From NCBI GenBank assembly GCA_028534125.1, contig CM052818.1:6264001-6328000 (forward strand): DNA of 64,000 bases, in the 5' to 3' direction. The position numbers were made by a program, and so were the translations under genes. The stretch comes from Lama glama. Lineage: Eukaryota. Every line of letters begins with the position of its first letter. Within the stretch, counting starts at the first letter, position 1. Of the stretch, positions 50,359-62,822 are shown one piece after another. The notes below the pieces were generated by a model. It was not told the origin of the DNA. It was given only the letters and a program-made list of their open reading frames with translations, and made no database searches.

Positions 50359-50588
50359 CAGAGGTCAACAAACTACCACCTTCAGGCCAAATTTGGCCCA
50401 CTGCCTGGTTTTGTAAATAAAGTTTTATTGGAACACGGGCCCACTCATTCATTTATGTATTTTTTTTATATATGGCTACTTTCCCATTACAATGGCAGAG
50501 CTGAGTCCTTGTAACAGACATTGCAAGGCCCAAAAAGCAAAAAATATTTCTTATTTAGCTCTTCACAGAAAATGCTTTCTGATCCCTG
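50359..50588 (+). mobile_element. MER58A MITE
   Basis: GGCCAAATTTGGCCCACTGCCTGGTTTTGTAAATAAAGTTTTATTGGAACAC, with TIRs CAGAGGTC / GATCCCTG. Confidence 0.9.
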
Positions 50589-51357
50589 AAGATTGGCTGG
50601 GGCAGCTTTAAATAAACTAGAGAAAAAGGATCTCTGAGGAAGAAGAGTTCACAAGCTCATGAGAGCCTCCAGCCCCCTGTGCAGCTGTGACATGAGGGGC
50701 CGTGTTTGTCTTTCCTCCTGCAGTTGGTTTTGTGACTCACGTCTGCTGATCCTGTTCAGTAAGGCTGAGAAAGGCAACTATACACCCCAAGGAAATCCAG
50801 CTGTGGCAACCCAGCTACATTTTCCTTTGACTCAGCCACCCCAGCATGTAAGCAGCCTCACTTGATCTGCTTCTTCTAATCCAGAAGTCCCCAATCCTTT
50901 CTACCATATTTTTAAAAAATATTACAGTAATACATTTTTCACTATCCATAAATCATGTTGCCCCACAGTACTCCACCCACTGAATCAATGGCCTTTGTTG
51001 TCTCAGGGTAAGAAGAGGCAAAACCTTGAAACAAGAAATCTTTTTCTTTTTTTTTTTTTAAACTGTGTTTTATATTAGATTTCTCCAGTTAGAGAGAAAC
51101 TACTATCTTAGAAGTCAGTTTTGTTAAGGGAAAGAAATATTATTTCTATTCAAAAGTCAGGGGACTGAGCATAGAGTGTTAGCATGAACCACAGTGCAGA
51201 GCACAGATGACGTAAGGCAATCCCTGCACACACAAGGAGAAGGAGGCAGACTTTCCACACATCTCCTCACCTACTGGGAGCTTGGACCTGGACGAGCAGG
51301 GAGAATGAGGTGGCAAAAATTCCAGGTGGGTAGACAGGTGAATCCAAAACTATTCAG

Positions 51358-51600
51358 GCCAGTGATTGAATCAATCATACCTACATAATGAATCCTCCGT
51401 AAGAATCCTAAATGGTGGGCTTCTGAGAGTCTCCAGATTGGCAAACACATGGGGGCGCTTGAAGGATGGCGCACTTGAAGAGGGCGCAGAAGCTCTCCCC
51501 TTTCCCACCTACCCTGCTCTACACACTTCTGCCATCTAGCTGTCATCTGTATCCTTTACTATATCCTTCATAACAAACTGGTAAATGCAAAAAAATATTT
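51358..51600 (+). mobile_element. MER21-like ERVL LTR fragment
   Basis: GAGGGCGCAGAAGCTCTCCCCTTTCCC...CCATCTAGCTGTCATCTGTATCCTTT...AAACTGGTAAATG. Confidence 0.7.
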
Positions 51601-52477
51601 AGGCTGGTGCTTTCATTTCTCCCTCCCTCCACTGCTCCCCTAGCACATATATTACATACATGTGCCTGTACACATGTGTGCACACACATGCACACACACA
51701 CTCAGTCCACGCAGTTCAGGAACAGTAGACTATCATCGGCAGAGGGAAATGCCTAAGGAGATGGGCTGGAGTTAACATTCTCTTGTCTCCCCATGGGCTG
51801 TATCTGACGTGGGGACGTCTAGAAGTTCCCAGAAGCCCTGTGGGGGACAACAGGAGCCAAGAATTACGAGTATCTGCTAAAGGTACTCTGGTATGCAGCA
51901 AGAGGATCCTAGAGCAGAAGCTGAAGAGTAGGCCACCTACAGCCAGTTCTGATGGAAGCCCCTGGCTAAGCCTCAGAGGGTCCACAGCAGTGAGAGGCGA
52001 AGTGAAGGATGCTAAACCCAGGGGGTACCACCATCCACTGCTTGGGCCCCGCCAGAGCAGCATGAGACACACCAGCCAAAGACACCTACCACTGGCAATC
52101 TGCTGCTAAGCAGAAACTAATTCCCAAGGAGACATAAGATCAGCAGCACCTGGAAAAGAAGCGAACAGAAGCCAGCAGAGAAGGACTGCAGGTGTATGGC
52201 ACACCCTACCCGTACCCTCGGTGGTGACGATGTTATGGAAGCTTTTTCCTATGCCCAGATGTCACTCAGGGAGCAGGAGAAGAGGGGCTGAGAGAAGGAA
52301 AAGGCCTGAAAGAAAATGCTGGAGCCCATAAGAGTCGGAGCTTATCTGGAAAATACTGCTTCAAGCCAGAAGAACAAGCTCTTACTTAGGTAGGCAAATT
52401 TAACTTCTTTTTGTTGACTCTACAAATAAGGGCTTCAGAACAAGATAATATCAATTAAATAAAATAGCCTCCATGAC

Positions 52478-52605
52478 TACAGATGTTAACTAGACGTATA
52501 GCAATCATTTCACAATATAAACAGTATCGAATCACTATGTTGTACACCTGAAACTAATGTTAATATGTCAATTCTATTGCAATAAAATTATATAAAAAAA
52601 AATAA
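52478..52605 (+). mobile_element. Short L1 3' end with A tail
   Basis: CGAATCACTATGTTGTACACCTGAAACTAAT...GTCAATT...CAATAAAA. Confidence 0.8.
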
Positions 52606-54094
52606 AGTCTTCATATTTTGAGTACTATGTGAGCACGGTGGGTAGGTTTCTAGATAACCCAGCCTCACTTCTTCCTTGATCCTCTGCCCCACACACACGC
52701 CTCAGTCCACTTGAACACCAGGGAGCAAATACGCTGCCCCACCCCAACCCCCTAGGCAGAGATGAGGAAGGGAGTGCTGCTGAATTAACACACGAGTGGA
52801 GAGCATGCCATCCTCACCCCAGTGCTTGGATCTGACCGCCCTGAAAGCAGGGAAGTGGGTCAGAGGCTCTGGGCAACATTCCTGCTGCAAAGCCAGAAGC
52901 AAAGCAACGGGGAGAGGGGGGCAGTCCTAGTTCCTCTCAATGAGCTCACTGCTAATGTGAGTTTTCTCAGCCCAGTGGCCAAATCTATGGGTTCCATGAT
53001 TCCAGATGAAACCAGCACTCACCATTTCCACGGGGCTCCCCTCAGGCCTCACCATCATGTCAGTGCCCCCTCAGAAACCAGTGACTGCATTTCTCCCCTC
53101 CCCAAGAGGGCAGGCAGAGCAGGGTGCAGGACGGAGGTGTTTGGCTGCATAGTTACAGTATTTCCCCAAAACTGGAATTAATTATCGCTACTTGCTCCCA
53201 TGTCCCTCTTAGATCTGCAAAGCATGGGTCACAGTGACTTTGTTTTTATTGGCCTACCACATATTGAAACCATTCCTGCATATTGATACTGAATATCTCA
53301 GCCAAAACCTTGTGAAAATCACTTACTGTGCAGCACAAAAGAACGACATTCTAAAGTTAAACGTCCTGGGATATTTTATCTTTTCAAGTACATACCAAAA
53401 GCAATTAAATTCAAACTACGGGATACAGTCTTTGCCAGTTTCCATTCTTGACACATATGCGTCTGTGTTTGTAAGTTCAGAGACCTCTTAGAGGATCAAA
53501 TCTCTAGCTTTAATTTTCTCTTTGCAAGTGAAAACCAGTCTTGCGTCCTTCCTTAAATCATCTGCGAGAAAGCCCAAGGCTTGAGGCCTCTACCCCAGAC
53601 ACCCCTAATATGCCCTGAATGGGTGGAGCAGGACCCCACTGCTGTCCTCCCTTCTCCAGCAGCACAACTGGGTGAAAAGTAACCAGGGCTCCAAGCAGGA
53701 GATGGGAGAGCAGCCCTCTGCTGGAGCTTTTCCTGCACCACCCCCTGCACCATCCAAATCACAGGGCGGCTCTACCCTTCACGGGGGCCTCATTCTCCCT
53801 GCTCCTTCACCTTGTCCCTGTCCTAGGTCTGATTCCAGAGAATTCTCACATCACTCTCATGCCCCTACTTCTGGATTCTTGCGGCCTGACACGCCTTCAT
53901 TTCCTCCTTCCTTCTCTGGGGCCACATTTCCTCTCCTCCTCCTCCTTCCCCTCCGACACGCCTTTACCAATGGGATCTGCACACGCAGCTGAATGATATG
54001 TACTGTGTGTGTTGGAAAGATCCAGAAAACCTGCTGTAATTTTACACCCCAGCCCCCACCCCAGGTTCGTCTCTTAACACTGGTTGTGAAATGA

Positions 54095-54713
54095 CAGTCA
54101 AGCCTAGTAACAGATTCTATACTTGCAAACTCACCTACTCCCAGAAGTTTATTTGTAACCCTCAACTCAATACTCACAGGCACCTATGTGGTCATTTATA
54201 GACATGTGCCAAACAACAAACAATGTGAGTTGTCCGACACATGCGTTTCCAGCTGAGCTGAATCAAGCCAACACTCTACCCCCTTGTTTCAGCTCTCATA
54301 CTGCAAACAGCTGCCTTCTTGTAGTTTAAGTGCCATGTTTTTATTTTTTTATTTTTTGCTTTTATTGGTGATTTTGCTGTTTCAAACGGCCCCCAAGCAT
54401 AGCACTGAAGTGCCGTCTAGTGTTCCTGAGCACAAGAAGGCTGTGATGTGTCTTTTGGAGAAAATATGTGTGTTAGGCATAAGTTATGGTACTGGCCACG
54501 AGTCCAATGTTAATGCAGCAACAGTATATATTAAACAAGGGGTCTTTAAACAGAGACACAAATGAAACAAGGTGATGCGTCGATCGGTCGTGACACAGGC
54601 TCACAGGAACCTCACCCTGTATTTCCCTTAAGAGCACTGGTTCAGGATTTGCTAATTCAGTGTTCCCAGTGACTTTATAAAACACAACTACCACAAATAA
54701 CAAGAGTGGACTG
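54095..54713 (-). mobile_element. MER82 (Tigger-family) non-autonomous DNA transposon
   Basis: CAGTC...GACTG termini with TA after the right end. Internal CACAGGAACCTCACCCTGTATTTCCC...GCTAATTCAGTGTTC...GACTTTATA. Confidence 0.85.
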
Positions 54714-54744
54714 TAACTCTTGTTAAATTTATAATGCACAGAAA

Positions 54745-55198
54745 TACTGAATTACTATGTTGTGCACCAGGAACTAACACAGTGTTGTGGGTCAATTATA
54801 CTTCAACAACAAACAAACAAACTCATAGAGAAAGAGATCAGATTTGTGATTACAAGAGGTGAGGGGTGAGGGCAGGGGGAACTGGATGATCGTGGTCAAA
54901 AGGTACAAAGTTCCAGTTATAAGATACATAAGTACTAAGGATGTAAGGTACAACACAATCAACACAATTAATGCTGCTGTATGTTATACATAATAATTGC
55001 TAAGAGAATAAATCCTAAGAGTTCTCATCACAAGAATATTTTTTCTTTAATTTTGTATCGATATGAGATGATGGATGCTCACTAACTTCCTGTGATAATC
55101 ATTTCATGATGTATGAGTCAAATCATCACACTGCATACCTGAAACTTACTCAGTGCTGTATGTCAATTATATCTCAATAAAACTGGAAGGAAAAAAAG
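54745..55198 (+). mobile_element. L1 3' end (L1MC1/2-like)
   Basis: CAAACTCATAGAGAAAGAGATCAGATTTGTG...GTCAAAAGGTACAAAGTTCCAGTTATAAG...TATATCTCAATAAAACTGGAA. Confidence 0.8.
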
Positions 55199-56149
55199 AG
55201 ACCTTATCTTTGAAAAAAAAAGAGTAGACTATAATATAACAGAGAAGTCAAACAGATTTTCAACATTATGCATTCTGGGCAAAAACACCCTCTTTCTCAG
55301 AAGTATGTTTTCAGAAATATAATTCAAAAATTTGTTTCAATCTAGTGGTGGGGCAGATGCTTCTCCACTCTCTGACCTCAGACACTCCAGACTCAGTCCC
55401 GAGTGTCCCCGTCCTCCCTCACCTGCTCCAGGTTCTCCTCTCTGGGGAGCCTTCCACACTTGCCTCACCTCCTTCAGTCCCCAACCTATTACTCTTACGA
55501 AAGCCGTGCTCTAGCCACAATGCACAGTAGAAGTGGAATGTGTTATATACCCATTTATGTTTCTGCCACTTTCGTCTTGTGTGTATTTCACTGGCCCTCA
55601 CCTCTTCCTTGGTTTGTGAGTTTCCTATTTCCTTCAAAAGGTTCACAATGCCTGCTAGAGTGCTTTGTGTTGTTGTGTTGATTACATGGAAATGCTCGCA
55701 AGCTCCAAATGTCCCTGTTCCTTGTGTGGATACCGTCTATTATTTCATCACACTCCAGACAGGGTAAACCATTGTCATTTGTGCCCCCTCTGCCCCACAA
55801 TATGACTGGCAGATTTAAAGGGAAAGACGTTCTTCAAGCACAGCACGTGAAAATGTCAAAAATCATCATATGTTTCAGGGTCCTGCCATGATGTAATCAG
55901 TGGGATTGATGAAGGATACTCAACAGTTTTAACCAGGTCATACATTTGCAACTAGCTAACTTGTGCATATCAACAAGCCAGACAACCTCTTCTCCAGGGT
56001 TTCTGTAGTGTCTCAAGTGCTCTGAAGTTGTCCTTTCTCCCCCTGAGCTCCTCCCCTACATAACTTTGTCTCTCTGCTAACAATGGCACCTGCTCAAGTC
56101 AAACAGACTTTTAAACCTCAGCTCTTCCAGCAAATACTTGTAAGAAGGA

Positions 56150-56524
56150 CGCACCTTAGGTCCGTTCAAGCCACTATAATGGAATAACAGACTGGGTGGT
56201 TTATAAACAGAAATGTATTTCTCACAGTTCTAGAGGCTGGAAGTCTGAGATCAGAGCGCCAGCGTGGTCAGATTCTGGTGAGAGCTTGCTTCCTTGTTCA
56301 CAGACGGCTGTCTTTCCACTGTGTCCTCACATGGCAGAAGGAAAAAAGGCGAGAGAGCTCTCTGGGGTATCTCTTATAAGGGCACTAATCTCACTTACAA
56401 GGGCTCCACTCTCATGACTTGATCACATTCCCAAAGCTCCACCTTCTAATGCTATCACACACCCTGGCAGGTTAAGATATCAACCTATCAACTTTGAGGG
56501 GACACAAACATTCAGTCCCTAACA
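56150..56524 (-). mobile_element. MaLR solo LTR (MLT1A-type)
   Basis: CAGAAATGTATTTCTCACAGTTCTAGAGGCTGGAAGTCTGAGATCA...CTCTTATAAGGGCACTAATC...ACAAACATTCAGTCCCTAACA. Confidence 0.9.
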
Positions 56525-56559
56525 GTGTTATAAAGTGTCCAGGCATTGAGCATCAGTGC

Positions 56560-57272
56560 CTCTTACATCACAGAGAAAGAGAACCTCATTGCAGAACAGC
56601 ACACCACCACTTACAGCACCAAAAACTGTCGTATCTGAATGGGACCAAACCTGTCAATCAACTCCAACTACAGGAAATACACAGGACAGACGACCATGCC
56701 AAACTACATCATGGAGATGCATCCAGCTGGGAGACTCCACAGGTCAAATAACTTGATTTCTTCCAAAGATTAATAGGAAAGAGGAGAAAAGCGATGAAGG
56801 GAGACATGAGATTTAAACCAGAATTAAAACATAATCAACTGCAAGGTGCGAACCTTATTTGAATCTTCATTCAAATAAACTGCAAAAAAAAATTATATTT
56901 ATTAGACAATTGGAAAATTAATATCACCTGAATATTTAATGATACTAAAGAAGTATTGTTAAATATTTTGGGTACAATATTTTACCTTTAAATATTTAAG
57001 GCATTGTAATTAATTTTAGAAGAAAACAGAACTTCATACTGAAATATTTTAGAAATATTGTAGAAATTCATACTGAAATATTTATGGGTGAAGTAATATG
57101 AATAGTGAGGAATTTACTTCAAAATAGTTGATGGAGAAGTGGATAGGAGTGAGTGGAAGATTAGCAACAGGCTGTTGTTGGTTGGAGCTAAATGCAGGTA
57201 CAGGGGGCATTCATTATGCCATTCTGTCCACTTTAGTGTTATGTTCAAAATTCCCCATAGTGAAAAAGATAA
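56560..57272 (+). mobile_element. Old L1 3'UTR (L1MC/L1MD-like)
   Basis: CAACTCCAACTACAGGAAATACAC...AACCTTATTTGAATC...CATACTGAAATATTTATGGGTGAA...CATTCATTATGCCATTCT. Confidence 0.65.
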
Positions 57273-57619
57273 AAATGGGCACAGACAATGCCAGCTCTAC
57301 CACTTACTAGCTGTGCCATACTGCCTAGTTCCTCAACCTCTCTGAGCCTGTTTCCTCAGCAAAATGGCCTGCCTGTTATTACATTGGACAGAGTTCTGTG
57401 AATTAAGACGGGTGGAGCACAAGACATATATCAGGTTAATAAAAAAATCTCTATCCTTCATCCAGTATCTTTCAAATGTATATCTCCAGTCCTAATTGCT
57501 TATCTGCAACAGCAGGCTCTATTCCAAAAACTAAGAGATTCTTTCCCGAAGCCAGCAATTTTAAGCAGAAGGACTGTCTGCCTACTCAAAAGCCACTTGC
57601 ACTTTCTTCTCTGCTGTCA

Positions 57620-58050
57620 GCTACAATTTTGTTTCCAATGTTTCCTGCTCCCCTATTATCTTCGCCAGTGATCGTGGTTGGTTCAAGGGTAGCCCTGCAA
57701 CCCACTTCTGGCCACTGACACATGAGAAGTCTGCCGAGGGTTTCTGGCATGGGACCCTTCTTCCTTTAAAAAAAGATGTACAAGGAAGAAAGAGCCCTCT
57801 TTTTTTCTGCTATAGTTACCTCTGCATGTGATAGACACGTGGCAACCCTAAGTGGAGACAGCCTGGGAGGAACTGGCTAAGGATGGTGGAGCAGAGAGGA
57901 GGAAGGACTCTGGGTTCTCAGTGACACTGCTAAGCCACTGAACTGGCCAGTCCTAGATTTCCTGATGCATCATAAAAAGCACCATTACTGTTTAAGCCAT
58001 TTCGAGTAGGGTATTCTGTTACTTGAAACTGAAGTCTCCTAGATGAAACA
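57620..58050 (+). mobile_element. Old MaLR LTR (MLT1J/K-type)
   Basis: 3' end TGTTTAAGCCATTTCGAGTAGGGTATTCTGTTACTTGAAACTGAA...ACA. Confidence 0.6.
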
Positions 58051-58389
58051 GGCTCAGTAGAATCACCTGCAGAAGGAGGGGTACTACACACTTCCCCCTC
58101 ACCTCCCACATTCTGCTTTTTCACCACTGAGAGCATCCTTCCTCTTCGACACCCCTACTCCTTTCCCACATCTACCATCCCCACTCCATAGGTGTATGTC
58201 ACATTGCTTATGAGTACTGGAACCAAAAGGTGAGAACCACTGCAGACAAGCTGAAGGAGGCCACAGACATGTTCTGTTTATCTTCTTACTGTCCATTCCC
58301 TGTACAGTGCCTGGCAAAGTTAATACACTTGAGTGTGAGGGGAAAAAATGAATCCATAAATGAATGCCCTGCCATCTCTTAAAACTGAA

Positions 58390-59890
58390 GTTGCAAAGTT
58401 TGACTCAACCCCCACCCTCCACCCCCAAAAAACTTTACAAATAACCCGTTTATGCATCACCTCTTGCCTGAACTACAGTGGCCTCCTATTGGCCTCCCTG
58501 TCCTCAGCCTCTTCCCACTGCAGTCCACCCTCTCCAGGGTAACCATAGTTACCTCCCCAAACATGGATCAGCCACTCTCTTCCTTAAAGACCTCAAGCAA
58601 CTTAAAATTAACAACAGGATCAAGTCCAAATTCCTTTCATGGAATAAGGTCCTTCTTCATCTGACCACAACCTAACTTAGCTGCTAGATCACCTGCTTCC
58701 CTCCTCTCTCTTCCTCCTCCAATCCACTCTAAGTTCCAGCACACAAGTCCCTAGGATAGTCCTGAATCAGCCTCCTTATTCTCTTGTGTGTTTTCTTTCC
58801 ACCCCACCTATCTAGCCTGACGAACTCCTGATCATCCTTCATGACCTCATTCAGATGTCAACTTGTCTCCACTTTCCCAGACAGGGTTGGTCACCCTTCC
58901 TTGGTTTTCTCATCGTCCTCTGACCATACTTCCACGATAGCACCTGTCACATCAAATTATAGTATTTGCTTAAATGTACATCCCCCTACTAACAACCTAA
59001 ATAGTATTTCAGAAATGGAGATGCATTCTTACTCCATACAAAATCTGTCATTGGATAAAAGATTTTGAATTATGGAAAAGATGAAGAAAAGTATTGGCAT
59101 TTTTCCAGTGGCTAAGTCCAGAAAGCTGGAAGTCATGAGTTCCCAGAACAAAAAGGAATGTTACAGATCATCGTGGAAAAACCTTTAGAGACAAGTAAAC
59201 TGACTCTTCTTTCATCCCCTTTACACAATTTGTCACCAAATCCGTTTGTCATATTCTCCTTCAAAATGCCTACCAGATTTTTCCCCCTGCCGCTCCATCC
59301 CCACTGAATCCTAGCCAGTCTATCTCCCTTATTCATGCCGAGATTGTGGAAAGAGCCCTCAGAGAGGGTCTCTTTTTCCCCTCTCCCTTCTGAGGTATCT
59401 TGTACACAACCGACAAAAGAAACTTTCTAAACTAGTACTTTTAACATGTCACCCCAACTACCCCAAAGAAGTCTTTTTCATTTCCCAGTGGCCTTATATT
59501 TTAAGCCAAGTTCCAACCCATCCCCACCAACCTGGCCTTCTAGAGCTCAGTCATCTGGGCCAGCCCGTTAGTCCGACTCTCCCCAACACTCCCAGACACA
59601 CATGCCACACCCTAGGTGTCCGGCAGCGTCAGAAAACACAGCAGCACTTACTTCTGCCTCTGGCTTTCTGCTTAGGTCCTCAGATCCTACCTGGATGTCC
59701 TCCTGCTCTCCTAAGCTCATGAAATACCCGATCCTCCTTCATGACACCCTCCCTCTCTCCCTGCCACAGATTAAGCTAATTCTTCCCTTTCCTCGAACTC
59801 CCATTGCCATAACGTTTACTGTTCTGTCTCAACTTGAAACATGAGAGACCTGAGGGTAGGGAACGTGTCTTAAACAACCTGCATCCCGCA
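58390..59890 (+). mobile_element. Two or more degenerate LINE-2 fragments
   Basis: CATCACCTCTTGCCTGAACTACAGTGGCCTCCT...AGGATCAAGTCCAAATTCCT, and a second copy from ~59100 (GCTAAGTCCAGAAAGCTGGAAGTCAT). Confidence 0.65.
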
Positions 59891-60489
59891 TGACTCCACC
59901 TCCCCCACCTTTGCCTATTGCCACTCTACTCTTCCTTTAAGACTCAATACAAATACCACCTGCCTGTTAATTAGAGAAACTAAAAATCCGATGCCTCTGA
60001 ACTGCTATAGAACTTTGTTGATATCTTTCTTAAGGCATTTATCACATTTTATTACTGGAACTGTCTGCTGATGTGTTTCATTCTTCTGCATATAGGACAA
60101 ACTCCTGGAGGGAAGGATTCGGTCTCCTCATCACTGTATCACATCATCCCAGGTGTCCTCAGCACCCACTGCACTGCTTTGCACAGAGTAAGTCCTTACT
60201 GTAAGATTATTTCTTCGAGCTTCTCTATTTCTCTGTGGTTCTTAACATGGATGCTGAAGGCAGAGCCTGAGACAAACATAATTTGTGTGTGTGTGTGTGT
60301 GTGTTGGGGCAAGGGGAGAAGAAGAAATACAAGCATGTCTTTGTGTCCAGGCACATGTGCACCTGTCCCCCATGTTGATACCCAGGTGAAATCTTGTTTA
60401 AATGGTTCTCAGGAGTAACCCTGAAGGGGGAAAAGGTTGTAAAAGATAAAGCAGAGAGGTGGGTCCATTCCCACAAGGTCAGTCTTGGT

Positions 60490-60582
60490 GAACCCCAGGG
60501 AGATTGCCGGTTTTAGCACTGAAAGCCCTGTATCCTAGGAAACTCCTAGATCCCAGGCAAATCTGGATAGTTGATTACCCTA
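60490..60582. mobile_element. MER81-like hAT-Blackjack MITE
   Basis: CCGGTTTTAGCACTGAAAGCCCTG...CCCAGGCAAATCTGGATAGTTGATTACCCTAG. Confidence 0.75.
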
Positions 60583-60719
60583 GCCCCCAGCTCCCTCCTC
60601 ATCCTTCTTTCCATGATTTCTTATGTCACTGTTCATTCACCAGCATAAGCATGGGCCACACTAAACCTTGACAATTCTTTAAACTTCCCAAAGCTGAACT
60701 AAGCCCTGCTTTGCAAAGT

Positions 60720-62110
60720 GGGTGTTATAGATCTCAATAGAAATTATTTCGACAGATTAGAAATACTTTCGGAATGTGAGGCACCTTAAGAAAACATAAG
60801 GCAGGTGGGAAATACACTGAGATTCTGTGAATACCTTGAAAATGTCATTGAATGGCAACCTATTTTCTCAATTCATCCTCAAAGCACATATAAACCTTCC
60901 AAAATAAAATTAATATGCCGTATTTGGCTTTGAGAGCCTTTTTTATTCACAAAATATTTAAATTCCTTCCATCTTTTGGATACCGCCTTACTTTGATGGT
61001 TTAGAAACCGTATTCTGAACTGTGGCATTTTCAAGTCGCATTTTGATGCGGACAAAGCAATCTAAAAATGTTCAGAAACAACTGAGCTGTATGTGGGGCT
61101 TCAAGCCTCCATGACGCTTCTCTGGGTGTCCTTGGCATTGGCCCAGTATTTACAACAATCTTCAGTGTGGGAATATGTTCTCCTGAGTTTCCATTAGTTC
61201 CCACAAGGGAATGACGAAGCCCTTTCAACACTTCTTTAAGCCCTGCTTTCAACTCTCTACCATGTCTAATGCCGCAGAGCCAACATCTGAAATGGTCATG
61301 TGTGTGCTGGTGTGATACCTGAGGATCTATAAAATGTACTTAATTTGGTAAAACATTCAGTTAATATTCCGGGAGTTTCTACAAGCTTCAGCATGCAAAT
61401 TGTTCTAAGTGGATTCAAGTGACTGAATTTTTTGCTGGATTAACTGGAGGTTCAGACACCTTCTAAATCCACCATTGCAAGACTCAAAATATGTGACTAA
61501 CATTATCCATAACGTTGGCAGAATCAATTATTTTTTAACAGGAAGAAAACCTTAAATTGTCCCTTCACATTGGCTGCACCATCAGTCGAACATGGTACAT
61601 AACTTCTCAGAGAAATATGATTTGATATGAAAACATCTGTAACCGTCTGGAACATATTTTTCCCAGGACTTTACTTCAAGCTCTCTACAGATATCAGATG
61701 TTCTCCAAAGAATCTGTGACACGTCTTAGGATTCTTGAATAAACATCAGTTATGCTTCTGTCTTGAATAGTGTCAATCTGAATTGAAAATCTGCCAGCCT
61801 TCTTTACATCACCACCAGCAGACTTCTTAATGAATCTGCTGATACTGTGGCTAGGTTTGTATTAAAATCAGTTGTATAAGCTGATCTTTCACTTTTTTTA
61901 GAAACTTGCTTCTCTTTCCAAAGATCCAAGATGTATTTGAGTGAGCAAAAACCTGAGAAATACACACTAGGGTCCTATCTCTCTGCTTAAGGTTTGCTAG
62001 TGATAACTGACAGGGTCCTTTACCTTAAGTCCATTAATCAGGCAAAATAAAAATACTTCAGCACAATTTTTCCTATCTTCATGTACTTTTGATTATCAAA
62101 TGGAAGTCTG
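60720..62110 (-). pseudogene. Decayed hAT transposase coding region (Tip100/Zaphod-like); boundaries approximate, core 61460-61810
   Basis: Minus-strand translation gives DVKKAGRFSIQIDTIQDRS (FSIQID at 61772-61789), VPCSTDGAANVKGQFK (STDGAANVKG at 61560-61589) and C*SHILSLAMVD (~61468-61503). These match the first two catalytic Asp motifs and the CxxH motif of hAT transposases, in the right order, with stops and frameshifts. Confidence 0.85.
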
Positions 62111-62689
62111 GAGGTGTGATTAATAGTACTTATTAAATGGGAAGGCTTCATCTCTTAGACCAGTCTCTCTGGCATAAATGTTCTGCAAATTACATCTGAA
62201 GAACACAGTACAAAAAAGAACCTACTTAAGTTTAGTAAAATTATCTCAAATATGCACAGAGATGTATGTACAAGGATATTCTTCTCAAAGTTGTCTAGCC
62301 ATTCCAGAAATTTGTAAAGACTTGAACTACAGGGAATAGTTAAATGATTTATAGTGTATCTCTACAAAGAGGTGCTCTACTGTTATTAAAATTAATGTGG
62401 TGAAAGTACTTTTACTTAAATGGAAAGATAGTCCACCATTATGGTTAAGTGGGGAAAAAGAAATTTAAAAGCTAATATTACAGTAAAATAGATTGTTTAT
62501 ATGTATTTATGACTACATTGCATGAAAATAAGTCTGGAAAGACATACACAAACCAGTCAGAGTGGTTTCTCTGGGTGATGGGATTATGGGTAAATATTAT
62601 GTTCGAGTCCCTCTTCATGCCACTACCCTGAGCTATGTGCTATCAGTGCCCCAGACGGAAGGAGGCGGAGCTTGAGCTATAAGCAAAGG

Positions 62690-62822
62690 TCAGAGGGTGC
62701 TCACAGACTGACTCCCGGAGGCAGAAGACTCTGGAGTGGGACCTGAGGATTTGCATTTCTAACTAGCTTCCAGGTGATACTGAGGCTGCTGGCCCAGGAA
62801 CCACACTTTGAGTAGCACTGCC
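62690..62822. mobile_element. MER5A MITE
   Basis: GATTTGCATTTCTAACTAGCTTCCAGGTGATACTGAGGCTGCTGGCCCAGGAACCACACTTTGAGTAGCACTG. Confidence 0.85.

Noticed and set aside
51570..51600. MER21 fragment ending in an A-run, suggesting a retroposed LTR transcript
   Set aside because: The A-rich stretch corresponds to the recalled LTR consensus and I found no TSD.
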